A stretch of DNA of 64,000 nucleotides from a virus (IMGVR_UViG_3300020718_000010:27035-91034); one strand, 5' to 3'; counted from the first letter of the stretch, positions 1-10,442 are shown. The notes: generated by a model from the sequence alone, not told the origin. Numbers and translations are program-made.

Positions 1-3000
1 TTGTAGGATGCAACAAAAGAACCTGCGTCGTGGTCGTAAATAAATGGAACGGGGCGAGTAACAACACCGGGCCCAGAAGATGTTCCTCTTACTGAGTCAA
101 AAGCAGAATAGGTAGAAACATTTCCTTCCCATACGTAAAGACCTGCTTTTGGAAAATTTAAATTGTTGTTGTAAAAACCGGCTTTTGGTTGCTGCAAGGT
201 TTTTAATTGACTATCTGTAATAAATACTTGGTTCCCAACAACATTAGATGGTTGAACTGAAAAAATAGAATTTTCGTAAACAAAGGTAGATACACCTTTT
301 GACAAATAAGAAACTAAAGTACTTGTACTATCAAGCGTAACGCTTGCTTGGTTTTGGTTTTGGAATATTTCTGGTGTTCCATTTGTTGCAAGAACTCCAG
401 TAAACGAAGCAGTAGCCGGTTGGCTCATTGTCAATATCAAACCAGAAACAGAAACAAGTGTTGTGCCAAGTGGAATTCCCGGACCGGTTACAGAACCACC
501 AATTGTAAAACCACCAGTTGGTGTAGATGTTGCTGTCAATTGAGTTGATGAAGCAACAATGTTTACTGTAAAACTTCCCGGGGTTGTTTTTCCTGTTAAA
601 ACAGTATTGGAAAGTGAAATTATGTTGTTAACAGAGTCAATGGCAGTTGCATAAGTGCTGAAGGTAACATTTGTTGGCCAAGCACCGGTACTTTGAGTTG
701 CGCCAAGGGAAACCGGTTTTGTTATGTTGATTCCAAAACTTCCACTTGGAATTGCCGTAAATGTTCCACTGAAAGTACCCGTTGGCATATTTGAGCCTGT
801 TGTACTTAAGTTAATTGTTGTCCCTACTTGACTTGCAGCAACTACAGCAGGGGATGTCGGGAGGGCTATGGTATTTCCATTTGAATCTTTACCACTACCA
901 GTTATAACTGCGCCGCCAGAAGGGAACGAAGAACCCGGACTTGTTGATGTTTTTGCAACTCCGGTGATAGAAAAACTTGCAGCAGTTCCACTTCCAGCAA
1001 TTGAAACAACGCCAGAATAGCCAAAGGCTTGATATATATAATCATCTACAATTCCATCATAAATACGTGCAAGAATTTGCGTTTGCCCCGCAGGGATTCC
1101 CGAATATGTCGAATTATAAAAACCACCAGCAAGATACTGGCCATTGCTTAATTTAAACCATGTAGCAACTTTTCTGTCGGTCATGTTTTTTGTAGCGTTT
1201 TTATTTACGTAAACGCCAGCACCATAAGGTATTCCATTTCCATCAGCAGAAGATGTTTGAGAATTTGGAACCGCAGCGTTTACAGAAAGAACTTTTGAGC
1301 CCCTTAATCCATATTGGTCACCATCATCGACAAAAGAAACCCCGTACCATTCTGATAAAGGACTTAAACCAAAGTTAAGAACTTCACCTGAAGCGTGATA
1401 GTTAATGGTTCCTTTGTTGACGCCTGTATTTAGGTATGCACCTTTATTTGACGTAGAAACAACAACAATTTGATTTTTTGCATATGCAGGGTTGTTTACC
1501 CCAGTATCAATAACATAAAATTCTTCAGGTCCAGCGCTTTGTCCAGTAGGTGGTGTCGGTGTAACACCATTGACGGTTCCCGGTAAAGAAAAAGTATCTC
1601 CGGGGTAAAAAATGGGACGACCATTAAATGTGTTTGATGTAATGGTTAAGACTTTTGAACCATTGCCAAGAACGGTTGTTGTTCCGCCTACTTTTAGTTG
1701 GAAACCCGCTGGGTGGTCAAAAACTGGAAAACCCCACCACATTGTTGGTGGTACATTAATGTTATTAAGATAAGCATCTTGATATGTTGTAATAGAGTGC
1801 GCCATTGTTGTTGCGCTAGTAAAGTAAATAGTATTACCACTAATAGAAGATACTTTTAAGACTTCGGAACCATTTGTGTTGTCAGTAATTGTTACGTATT
1901 GGCCCGCAGAAAGTCCGCTTGGCGCATAGGCAAGTGTTACAGATGTAGCACCAGAACTTACAGCACCAGATAATTGGCCAAATTGCGCATAACAAACAAT
2001 GGTGTCACCGTTGACATTTGCAATGGTAAGTGTCTCTGCGTTTGCACCACTACCAATTGTTATTTGTTGTCCTGATGCGTAGTATTGACCAGTTCCTGTT
2101 GTAACCGTAAAAACAGCGGGAATTCCTACGTAAGCACCCTCAGCGTAGTAAGACTGAAGGTAACCATTAAGGCCATAAACGTATCCCGGTGCAGCGTCTA
2201 CCCCGGTGTAACCAGAAAGGTTTACGTAGTCAAACCCAGCATATCCGGCGCCGCCAAATGTTGGTATAGCAACTCCACCGGCAACATAAAGGTCTGCGCT
2301 TCCTGATGCCCCCGCTAAGTTTGCATAAGCGTTTACAACTGAAGCATTTAAAGAATTTGTTTTTACAGCAACTGAAGTATCTCCTGCTTTGGCGGAAGCA
2401 TTTGGTAACGAATCAATTGTGCTGCTTGGGTATTCAGTAAAGGTAAAGGTTTCAGTTACATTTGTGGCGCTTAAAACAGTAATTGATTCCGCTAATTTTG
2501 TAGAGCCTGTGTAATAGTTGGCTTGGTTAAGCGTAATAATGTAATTGCTACCAGATTTTGTAACTGCAGTAATGTAGGTTTCAGTTCCTGTAATTCCACT
2601 GTAAAAGTAATTTCCAACAATTACTTGACCAACTTGTGGAACTGTACCTACCGTACCTTGCGTGGTTATTGTCTTTGACTGAGCAGTAAAATTACCGGCA
2701 AAAGATGTAGTAATGGTTGTTGTGGGTGTCTGACTTGTGGTGATAATTGTTGTGTTAAAAAATGAATCGTAAGACACGCTTGTTAGAGATGTTCCGGTTG
2801 GAATTTGTCCATTTGCATCTGTAACAATTGTTGAGAAAAGCGGCAAAGAAGTTAATGCAGTTATGTTCCCTGTAAAATAAATAGTTCCAAGTCCGGGTTG
2901 AAATCTTCCGTTGGGCACCACGGTTGGTGTATAAATTTCATTTGGTCCCTTTGTTAAAGTAAGACCGTTAGAACCAACCGTAGGTACAATTTCACTTGTT

Positions 3001-5747
3001 GTGTAAGAAGCGGCGGTGGTGGTAGTTGTAGATGTTGCACCAGCGGCATTTGCGGTTAACTTAACGTACGCATCTTTTGCTGCGGGAACGTGGCCCATTA
3101 AATTGATAACAGGCGATGCAGACATTGCATTTGAACCAGAATTTGTAGCGGTTGCAGTTGCAACAACGGCTGTACCAGAACTGTCAACCATTTTTATGGT
3201 TGCTGATGTTGGGCTTGCCCAAGTTACATCTCCAGCAACATTTGAAATAAGTGTTCCCGCAGGTATTCCAAAACCAACTAAAGAATAACGGAATGGCCCA
3301 GTTGCATATGTTTGGTAGATACCAGTTATGTCAGAACCGCTAACAGTAATTGTGCTGCTTCCTAGGGTTACGCTTCCATTAATTAAATAAGTTTGCGCCC
3401 CAAAACCAAGTCCTGAGTCAGCAAAATTTCCTGTTGCTTGAATTGTTGCGTAACTACCATCTGGATTTAAATACCAAGGCTCAGTAACAGATTGCAAAAC
3501 TTGTGTTGAAGCAGTCCCTGTGTATGTACCTGTAAATGTATATGGGTTATTGGTAAAAACCGGGCTTCCAACAGTTGTTCCGGAAGCAATGTAGCCTTTA
3601 TCGTCCGTGACAGCCATCCCAGAAACAAGATTTGCAATACTTGAACTGAATTGCCCCGTAATTGGTGGAATAATAATTCCTGTTGTTGAAGTGTTGTCAG
3701 ACGCTTGAACACGTGCTGCACTTGCAACCGGACCAAAAAGAGTTGTGTCACTTGAGTCTGAAACAGTTGGGTTTGTTACACCAATAAGAGCACTGTAATT
3801 AGTTGCGTCTACAAGTCTTGGGTTTGCACCGTAGTAGCCAGCATCTGTTGTGTACGAACCGGTAAATGGATTTGAACCAATGCTTTTTACCGTTGCGACA
3901 AGTGAAAGATTGCTAGTTCCGCTAAAGTCTTGAATTACAACTGGCATTACAAGTGTTCCGCCATAAACAGGATTATTAACCGGGTCTGAGTAAATGTATG
4001 GTGCTGTTGAAAGACCAGATGTAAATGTATTCCCACCCGAAGTGTTTAAAGTAAGGCTTTGCCCTGCGATGTTTGAGGCAAACGCCGTTGCGCTATTTAT
4101 TGTGTAATTAAAAGTGTAAGTGGTAGAAACCGTGTCGTTTACAGTTACATTGTTTGTAAGTGTTGAATAGGTGCCGTTACTACTAAAAATACTTGTGTGT
4201 GACACAACGCTAACTGTTCCGCTTGCGGTTGCAGAAGAACTTATTTTTACGGTGTTTGTTCCAACGCTTACAATCCAAGTTCCTGCAGGGATTCCCGTTC
4301 CTGTAACAACTTGTCCCGGGTTCAAACCGGTTACGCTAGAAACTGAAGTTAAAACGTTGCTTCCATTTGAGGTTGTTGCAGTGAAAGTCCAAGTTGGTAC
4401 GTTTGAGTTTCCCGTTCCAAAAATCATTCCACCAAGTGGATACCCAACAGAGAATGCGTTTGGTTGAAAAACATTTCCGGGCGATGCTGAAGAAAGTGAA
4501 CCCGAAAGCATTTGGCCAGTTTTTCCAGTTGCCGTAAACGAACTTGAGTATGGGAATGTGTATGTCCCACCTGAGGGTGTAGGAATTTTGTAAAGGTACG
4601 TACTTGTTGATGTGAGGTCAGTTGTAATGGTTGTGCCATTAATTGCAGTAATTACACCACCGTACCAACCAACTGGCTGGTAGTTATTTGGTGTCGCAAT
4701 GTTAAATACTGCAGTAAGTGTTTGGCCAGTAGAGAAGTTGCCCGCACTTGAAAGAACAATCGTAGTGCTTGAAGAACCAATGGTGATACTGGAAATTTGA
4801 AAACCTGAAGCCACAAAAGAAACACTTCCGTCAGCGTCGCTTTCTGCGGCCTCTGGAGAAATGACTGGGTACTGGGTTAATACAACCGATGTTCCGCTTA
4901 CCGAAGCGATGTGCGTCCCTGCCGTAATGCCGGGTCCAGAAACCATTTGCCCAACACTCAAACCAGTAATTGTGGGAACCGTCAAAATCTTTGTTACGTT
5001 TCCACTTGAATATGTAAATGTTCCAGAAAAAGCAACTGTATTAAAATCAGTAAGAATTGTTTCTAGGTTTGTTAAAGCCTTTGGGTCACCCGAACAAGAA
5101 ATGTAGAAAGGGTCGCTAGAGTTTCCACCAACATTGTCTGGTGTTGGTGGATTGACCAAGGGCGCATAGTAATTTGTTGAAGTGCCGCTAAAAGATGCGT
5201 TGTTTTGCATTACCGTTGCAGCAATTGCGCTTGGGGTATGTTGATAGTTATTAGAAGGAATCATTACTGCTGATTCATTCGCACCAGCAGCGTAAAGGTC
5301 AGTTGAAACGGTTGGAATCAACCCTTTAACTCCAATAATTCCGGTTTCAGTAACAAAACCATCAGTTGAGTACGAGGAAGAAGAATAAGGGGTTTGACCC
5401 TTTTTGAGGCCTTCCATTACTACCAGAGAATCACCAGCAGCAAAATTAGAAACATCTTCTACGTAAAGGAAATTGTCTCCGTAATTTGCAACACTTGCTG
5501 AGCCAGCACCGTCAAGAACAATGTTTGTTCCACCCCTAATAACTTGGGTTGAATATGAATTACCAGTAAGAAATTTGGTGATGTCTTCTACGTGAGCAAA
5601 GTGAATTGTGCCAGTGGAGTCATTAATTGTTCCAACTGCAAATTTTGTAAGGTCAGCAAGGGCGGCGGCGGCTCCCGATGAACCAACTACGTTCCAGTAA
5701 TCCGTGGTGATATTTGCAGCAACTGCTGTAGCGGTTAGTAGTTTCAT
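1..5747 (-). CDS. Very large tail protein directly downstream of the tape measure (tail tip / evolved distal-tail-like); 3' end runs off the window, at least 1,915 aa
   Basis: Not in the ORF track because no stop lies in the window. ATG at 5745-5747 gives MKLLTATAVAANITTDYWNVVGSSG; the same frame is open where checked (near 4870 VVLTQYPV; window edge TRPVPFIYDHDAGSFVASY). S/T/G-rich with repeated GxxVxGxGIxxGTxxxSVSG modules. Not every codon was checked by hand. Confidence 0.85.
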   Translation of the reverse strand, partial: MKLLTATAVAANITTDYWNVVGSSGAAAALADLTKFAVGTINDSTGTIHFAHVEDITKFLTGNSYSTQVIRGGTNIVLDGAGSASVANYGDNFLYVEDVSNFAAGDSLVVMEGLKKGQTPYSSSSYSTDGFVTETGIIGVKGLIPTVSTDLYAAGANESAVMIPSNNYQHTPSAIAATVMQNNASFSGTSTNYYAPLVNPPTPDNVGGNSSDPFYISCSGDPKALTNLETILTDFNTVAFSGTFTYSSGNVTKILTVPTITGLSVGQMVSGPGITAGTHIASVSGTSVVLTQYPVISPEAAESDADGSVSFVASGFQISSITIGSSSTTIVLSSAGNFSTGQTLTAVFNIATPNNYQPVGWYGGVITAINGTTITTDLTSTSTYLYKIPTPSGGTYTFPYSSSFTATGKTGQMLSGSLSSASPGNVFQPNAFSVGYPLGGMIFGTGNSNVPTWTFTATTSNGSNVLTSVSSVTGLNPGQVVTGTGIPAGTWIVSVGTNTVKISSSATASGTVSVVSHTSIFSSNGTYSTLTNNVTVNDTVSTTYTFNYTINSATAFASNIAGQSLTLNTSGGNTFTSGLSTAPYIYSDPVNNPVYGGTLVMPVVIQDFSGTSNLSLVATVKSIGSNPFTGSYTTDAGYYGANPRLVDATNYSALIGVTNPTVSDSSDTTLFGPVASAARVQASDNTSTTGIIIPPITGQFSSSIANLVSGMAVTDDKGYIASGTTVGSPVFTNNPYTFTGTYTGTASTQVLQSVTEPWYLNPDGSYATIQATGNFADSGLGFGAQTYLINGSVTLGSSTITVSGSDITGIYQTYATGPFRYSLVGFGIPAGTLISNVAGDVTWASPTSATIKMVDSSGTAVVATATATNSGSNAMSASPVINLMGHVPAAKDAYVKLTANAAGATSTTTTTAASYTTSEIVPTVGSNGLTLTKGPNEIYTPTVVPNGRFQPGLGTIYFTGNITALTSLPLFSTIVTDANGQIPTGTSLTSVSYDSFFNTTIITTSQTPTTTITTSFAGNFTAQSKTITTQGTVGTVPQVGQVIVGNYFYSGITGTETYITAVTKSGSNYIITLNQANYYTGSTKLAESITVLSATNVTETFTFTEYPSSTIDSLPNASAKAGDTSVAVKTNSLNASVVNAYANLAGASGSADLYVAGGVAIPTFGGAGYAGFDYVNLSGYTGVDAAPGYVYGLNGYLQSYYAEGAYVGIPAVFTVTTGTGQYYASGQQITIGSGANAETLTIANVNGDTIVCYAQFGQLSGAVSSGATSVTLAYAPSGLSAGQYVTITDNTNGSEVLKVSSISGNTIYFTSATTMAHSITTYQDAYLNNINVPPTMWWGFPVFDHPAGFQLKVGGTTTVLGNGSKVLTITSNTFNGRPIFYPGDTFSLPGTVNGVTPTPPTGQSAGPEEFYVIDTGVNNPAYAKNQIVVVSTSNKGAYLNTGVNKGTINYHASGEVLNFGLSPLSEWYGVSFVDDGDQYGLRGSKVLSVNAAVPNSQTSSADGNGIPYGAGVYVNKNATKNMTDRKVATWFKLSNGQYLAGGFYNSTYSGIPAGQTQILARIYDGIVDDYIYQAFGYSGVVSIAGSGTAASFSITGVAKTSTSPGSSFPSGGAVITGSGKDSNGNTIALPTSPAVVAASQVGTTINLSTTGSNMPTGTFSGTFTAIPSGSFGINITKPVSLGATQSTGAWPTNVTFSTYATAIDSVNNIISLSNTVLTGKTTPGSFTVNIVASSTQLTATSTPTGGFTIGGSVTGPGIPLGTTLVSVSGLILTMSQPATASFTGVLATNGTPEIFQNQNQASVTLDSTSTLVSYLSKGVSTFVYENSIFSVQPSNVVGNQVFITDSQLKTLQQPKAGFYNNNLNFPKAGLYVWEGNVSTYSAFDSVRGTSSGPGVVTRPVPFIYDHDAGSFVASY

Positions 5748-5783
5748 AGTGGCCCTACACCACTTTACCCTTAGTTTTTTTGA

Positions 5784-8225
5784 TTAGCGACCCATTGTTT
5801 TCAGGGTAAAACGAAGTTCCCTGAACTGCTGCTCTACGTGGTGCTTGATGTCGGCAACGGTGGCTGAGTCGGCGTTGCCGTTGATATTGATGGCAACTGC
5901 ACCCGGGTGAATATTGAGGGTTGAACCACGGCTTGACTGCATTGCACGCATACTTGAAAGGCTCATTACTGCCTCCCCGGCCTGCATCATCATTGGGACT
6001 TCTTTTCCAAATGGCCCCGGGACAATTCCTCCGCTGTGCATTTTGCCCTTTGGTTTTTCACCTACATGGGGAATTGTGCTTATTTGTACGGCGTGGCCGA
6101 GAATTGGAATCCAATTAGTTGCTTTATTCCAAAGGTTAATAATCAAATCAATCGCATCAATAAATCCGTTAATCATCCCATTCCACATAGAAGAACCAAG
6201 ACTGCTAATTCCGCTCCACAATGTTTTAAAGAATCCTAAAATTTTATTTATGCCTGTTGTTATTTGGTTCCAAGCCCAGTCAAAAGCGGCATAGACGCCA
6301 TGCCATACGTCAACAAAGACTGTTTTAATTGCCCTAAAGATATCAAGCCACATATTGATGTACATATGAATGTACTTATCGATGGCGGCAAAAATCATCT
6401 TTCCAAAATCAAGAATTCCCTGCCATACAATTTTAACTATTTTTAAGAATGTTTGCCAATGGGTGATGATAAGAGTAATTACCGCAACCGCCGCTATACC
6501 CGCAATTACCCATGGATTAAGAAGCAATGAACTAAGTCCACCAAGTTTTGAAGCAAGCCCCGCTACTCCACCAACATCTTTTACGACAGTGGTTCCGGCT
6601 TTTGCCGCCGCTTCGGTTGCCTCGGCTGCTGCCATCGCTTTTCGCATTTTCATAAATGCTTGTAATTTAGAAAGAAAACCAGCACCCTCTGCGGTTTGGA
6701 ACATAACAAATGCTGTTCGTAGTTTCCCTATTTTTCCAATTAAACCTATGATTCCATCTGCAACAAGGTTCAACGGACTTATAAAAAGTTTGCGGGTAAA
6801 CCATACTGCTGCAAGGACTTCAAGAATTCCCTTAAGTGGTCCTAGGTTCTTAGCAACCGTAGAAATAACACCAATTATTTTTCCAAGAACAACTCCAGAG
6901 AATGCAACCGCTGTAGCAAAAACGTTAATTAAATAAATAATTGATGGAAGAGCACCTGTTACAAGTGGCATTAATGCCACCAAAAGGTTTGCAATCGATG
7001 TGGCAAGTAGTGGAAGAACTGGTGCCATGGTTACAAATGCTTGTAACAATCCGTTCATCAATTTTTCTAATTGTTTGTTGTCTGCCATTTGTTTAAATGT
7101 TTTGGCAATTGCATTTACGCCAACCATTAAGTTTTTGCTAACCGCATCACCCATTGTGACAAATAATTTACCAAGTGGCCCTAATTTATCTCCGGAGCCC
7201 ACAAGTTTTGCAAAGGCATCAGCAAGTGGTGTAACAATTGCGGCAACCAATTGAATGAACGGTGTGACCATATTCAAAATTGCTGGAATTATAGAATTTG
7301 TCAACAGGGTAAGCAATGGCGCAAACGCATTAAAAATCTTACCCAATGCATTACCAAGTGTTTGAGCAACCTGTTTAATGGCGGTGCCCATAAAAGAAAG
7401 TACGGGCATAAGTGCTTGAACGACTGGGATTACTGCTTGTGCCAAAGAGTCAAAGATAGGAATAAGACCTAATCCAAGTGACTGCCAAATTAATTGAATG
7501 TCATTCTTCAAAAGGTCAATTGGACTTTGCGCACTTTTAGCAAGGTCTTTAGTGGCGGAGCCAATGTCACGCAACGCCATTTGTTGAGCCGCAAGAACAC
7601 CGTTTTGCTTTTCTGTATTCTTAATGGCTTGTTGTTGTGCGTTAGTAAGGGTGATTCCCATACGACGAAGTGCGCCCATTGATTTTGCAGGGTCTGCAAT
7701 CATGCGTGTCAACATACGGCTAGTAGATGAAATATTTCCACCAGTCACTTCAGCAATGTTGGCAGCATCTGTCAAAACGGTATTTAAACCGTCTTTCATG
7801 CCCTTTGTTGCATTCATTACGTCTTTGTTAGCAATAATGAAGTTTTGAGCACGAACAATGTCTGCTTTGTTAATACCGTTTTGAATTGATAGAGCCGTAG
7901 CCATTTGGTCTAGGCGCTGTGAATACCACCTAGTTGACTGCGCATTACCTTGTAATTCGTATTGACGTTGAAGGTTATTGTTTTTTACAAGTTGAGACTG
8001 AACCTTTTGAAGGTTAATAAGTTGTGATGCGGATTCAATGGCATGAGAGATTCCCACACCAACACCAACAACACCAATGGTGTTTTTGATAATTCCGCCG
8101 ACTTTGGAAAATGAGCCTTTAATTTGCTCTGCAGCCATACTGGCCGCTTTTTCAATGTCACTAAACCCAGATTTGGTATCGGTAGTGTCAAGTAGCGCTC
8201 TTAGTCGAATGTCAGTTGTTGCCAC
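5784..8225 (-). CDS. Tape measure protein (813 aa)
   Basis: Follows the tail chaperone; long Ala/Leu-rich helical body, W/F-periodic repeats and C-terminal MHSGGIVPG...PMMMQAGEAVM motif. Confidence 0.93.
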   Translation of the reverse strand: MATTDIRLRALLDTTDTKSGFSDIEKAASMAAEQIKGSFSKVGGIIKNTIGVVGVGVGISHAIESASQLINLQKVQSQLVKNNNLQRQYELQGNAQSTRWYSQRLDQMATALSIQNGINKADIVRAQNFIIANKDVMNATKGMKDGLNTVLTDAANIAEVTGGNISSTSRMLTRMIADPAKSMGALRRMGITLTNAQQQAIKNTEKQNGVLAAQQMALRDIGSATKDLAKSAQSPIDLLKNDIQLIWQSLGLGLIPIFDSLAQAVIPVVQALMPVLSFMGTAIKQVAQTLGNALGKIFNAFAPLLTLLTNSIIPAILNMVTPFIQLVAAIVTPLADAFAKLVGSGDKLGPLGKLFVTMGDAVSKNLMVGVNAIAKTFKQMADNKQLEKLMNGLLQAFVTMAPVLPLLATSIANLLVALMPLVTGALPSIIYLINVFATAVAFSGVVLGKIIGVISTVAKNLGPLKGILEVLAAVWFTRKLFISPLNLVADGIIGLIGKIGKLRTAFVMFQTAEGAGFLSKLQAFMKMRKAMAAAEATEAAAKAGTTVVKDVGGVAGLASKLGGLSSLLLNPWVIAGIAAVAVITLIITHWQTFLKIVKIVWQGILDFGKMIFAAIDKYIHMYINMWLDIFRAIKTVFVDVWHGVYAAFDWAWNQITTGINKILGFFKTLWSGISSLGSSMWNGMINGFIDAIDLIINLWNKATNWIPILGHAVQISTIPHVGEKPKGKMHSGGIVPGPFGKEVPMMMQAGEAVMSLSSMRAMQSSRGSTLNIHPGAVAININGNADSATVADIKHHVEQQFRELRFTLKTMGR

Positions 8226-8244
8226 TTGTCACCACCTTTCCTTA

Positions 8245-8783
8245 CTACCCGTTCTGAGCCTTTCTCATCGCTTCTTCTTGTTCAAACGCACGCAATTTCC
8301 AAACTGCTTGCCACTCAACAACTTCCGCTGCTGAGATGGCATTATGTGCCGGTGAACCGTCTAGCAACTCGCCAACCGTCCGACCCAACTTCTCCGCTAG
8401 TTCGTAGAGGAAGCGTCGGTCAGGATTGGCGAGAAACCTTTTCCCGCCGCATCAACCGCCTCTTCAGTCATTCCAGAAAGTTCCATAGCAACCGTAGCAA
8501 TTTGCTCAACCGCTGCTGCAGACTTGGCCATGAGTGCGTCACGGTCACCTTCTGCAAATACACGCTCTCCCGTTTCCGGGTCGAACGTGCAAAGAATTAC
8601 AAGGTCTGGAAGAACTTCTTCTAAATTAAATGCGCCAGTTGTAGAAGCAGCATTGTTAATCATGCGTGCTCGGTCCTTGGCGGTCATTGATTTAACAAGA
8701 ACAGTTACATCCCAAGCCGTGACGTTTACTTCTCTAGAAGCAATATCGTCTTTGGCGAAGATTTGTGCTGAAAGGTTTGACAT
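8245..8783 (-). CDS. Tail assembly chaperone, -1 frameshift-extended form (gpGT-like)
   Basis: After GGGAAAA the -1 frame reads RFLANPDRRFLYELAEKLGRTVGELLDGSPAHNAISAAEVVEWQAVWKLRAFEQEEAMRKAQNG, stopping at TAG 8245-8247 just before the tape-measure RBS. Confidence 0.85.
8397..8783 (-). CDS. Tail assembly chaperone (gpG-like, 128 aa)
   Basis: Lies between tail tube and tape measure; acidic; motif DPETGERVF...D...L. Confidence 0.88.
   Translation of the reverse strand: MSNLSAQIFAKDDIASREVNVTAWDVTVLVKSMTAKDRARMINNAASTTGAFNLEEVLPDLVILCTFDPETGERVFAEGDRDALMAKSAAAVEQIATVAMELSGMTEEAVDAAGKGFSPILTDASSTN
8439..8445 (-). other. -1 ribosomal frameshift slippery site GGGAAAA
   Basis: XXXYYYZ heptamer (G GGA AAA, Gly-Lys) near the 3' end of the chaperone gene, with an open -1 frame behind it. 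Confidence 0.85.
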
Positions 8784-8812
8784 AAGTATTAGTACTCCTA
8801 TAGGTGGTTAAC

Positions 8813-9502
8813 CTATAGTGTAGTACGTACCACCGCACCAGTCACTTGAATTTCACCGTCAAATGTAACCACACCGGAAACAGATGATTTGAGGTCGTAC
8901 TTGGTAGAAATGCCTTGGCCGTAGTATTTTGGCGAAGCAGTTAGACCAGTAAATCCACCCGGTGTTGAAGGACCATAAACGAACGATACAAAAGCGCCTG
9001 TGTTTTGGAAGGCGAAAAGGTCGTTCATAATTTGGTCAATTCCACCAGATGCACCGTCAGCGCCACTGTAGGCGGTTGGGTCGTACATACCGCTGAATGA
9101 AATTGTGTATGACTTTAGACCAACGATGTATGACTTAACACCAGAAGCGTTAAAAGTCGTTGTTTCCGCAGACTCAATTGCCTGTGGGAATGAAATGTCG
9201 TTGATGTAAGGGCTGATGTTTACCATTGGCAAAACCACAGAACCAGAAGCAGCAGTTGCTGAAACACCAAGTGTGGTGCTTGTAGAAACTGCGGCAGATG
9301 AGTAGTTTGGTACGCCGTTGATGAAGAGACCGTAAGTAGAACCACCAGCGATGATTGACTCTTGGGTGCTCAACATTGAGCCTGTGCCGAGTGTGATTGA
9401 AGCAGCGGTGCTAGAAACAGCAGAAGTTAGCGTCGAAGACGTTGTTCCGATGTCGTAACCAAGTGCTAGAAACGCATTCTTACCGTGTTGGAAGGTAGGC
9501 AT
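8813..9502 (-). CDS. Major tail (tube) protein, paralog 2 (229 aa)
   Basis: Directly upstream of the chaperone; starts MPTFQHGKN; contains ETTTFNASGVKSYIVGL and TKYDLKSSVSGVVTFDGEIQVTG. Confidence 0.8.
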   Translation of the reverse strand: MPTFQHGKNAFLALGYDIGTTSSTLTSAVSSTAASITLGTGSMLSTQESIIAGGSTYGLFINGVPNYSSAAVSTSTTLGVSATAASGSVVLPMVNISPYINDISFPQAIESAETTTFNASGVKSYIVGLKSYTISFSGMYDPTAYSGADGASGGIDQIMNDLFAFQNTGAFVSFVYGPSTPGGFTGLTASPKYYGQGISTKYDLKSSVSGVVTFDGEIQVTGAVVRTTL

Positions 9503-9519
9503 GATGGATTATTCCTTTC

Positions 9520-10251
9520 CTAGTATCGGGCGAACCCGAAGTAGATGTTTGATGTTGCATTGGTTCCCGTCAACGTCCAGTTAAGGCGTGTGTAACGGTA
9601 AATAGTGCTTGGGAGTGAGGCGGTGCTTACGACTGAAGTTCCCACGCCAGTCACAGCGCTCGTTGCATTAACCCAAGTTGAGTTATCCGCTGAGTGCTGA
9701 AGCGTAACGGAGAGCGTTCCCGTAAGCGAAAGAACGCCAATAACGAAAAGACCCCCACGTGTTGACGGAGATTTTCCGTCAAGAACGGTGGTGCTTCCCG
9801 ATGTGGTGGTGGTGAAGAATTGACCAAAGCCATTCCAAACTCCCCCATCAGCCTGAACCTCTGCGTCAATAGATACAACTCCACTGACTGGAGATTTCAA
9901 GTCGTACTTTGTTTCAATGCCTTGTGCCATGTAGCAACGGTCGTTTTGCGCCGTTCCGCCAGCAGGGAATACAAGGATTGCTTCATTGGCAGTGTTGCTG
10001 ATTGCCGTAGAGATAATTGAGTCAATTCCGCTTGAGGTTCCATCGTAGAAACCTGAAAGAGCAATTGTTCCGGTTCCAAGACCTGTAACGAAAGACTTAA
10101 CGCCTGAGGTTTGGAAAGTTGTTACTTCAGATGCTTCAAGTGAGCGTGAAACAGCAGCATCGTTGAAGTATTGAGAAAGGTCGTAACCGAGGTTTACAGC
10201 AGGGTTTGAGAAAAGAACTCGGGTATTCTTACCGTGAAGGAATGTTGCCAT
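9520..10251 (-). CDS. Major tail (tube) protein, paralog 1 with C-terminal extension (243 aa)
   Basis: Starts MATFLHGKN; contains EVTTFQTSGVKSFVTGL and TKYDLKSPVSGVVSIDAEVQADG, clearly homologous to 8813..9502. Confidence 0.78.
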   Translation of the reverse strand: MATFLHGKNTRVLFSNPAVNLGYDLSQYFNDAAVSRSLEASEVTTFQTSGVKSFVTGLGTGTIALSGFYDGTSSGIDSIISTAISNTANEAILVFPAGGTAQNDRCYMAQGIETKYDLKSPVSGVVSIDAEVQADGGVWNGFGQFFTTTTSGSTTVLDGKSPSTRGGLFVIGVLSLTGTLSVTLQHSADNSTWVNATSAVTGVGTSVVSTASLPSTIYRYTRLNWTLTGTNATSNIYFGFARY

Positions 10252-10442
10252 TAGTTGCTTTCCTCTTCAGTTGGTGCTGCAGCGGCTGGTGCTGAACTTG
10301 GAACGATGAATCCATCGGCCATAAGCCAAGCAATGCTTTCGCCCGGAAGGTCTTCAATTACATCGCCGCAGGACGCTACCTTCCCTTGATAAAACAAGGG
10401 AGATTGGTCTGTTACCAAATACGCCGTTTTTGACTTAGCCAT
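10251..10442 (-). CDS. Small virion-associated protein (63 aa)
   Basis: Coupled to the tail-tube gene (TAATG overlap); pattern GDVIEDLP...WL..DG.I typical of small head/tail accessory proteins. Confidence 0.6.
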   Translation of the reverse strand: MAKSKTAYLVTDQSPLFYQGKVASCGDVIEDLPGESIAWLMADGFIVPSSAPAAAAPTEEESN

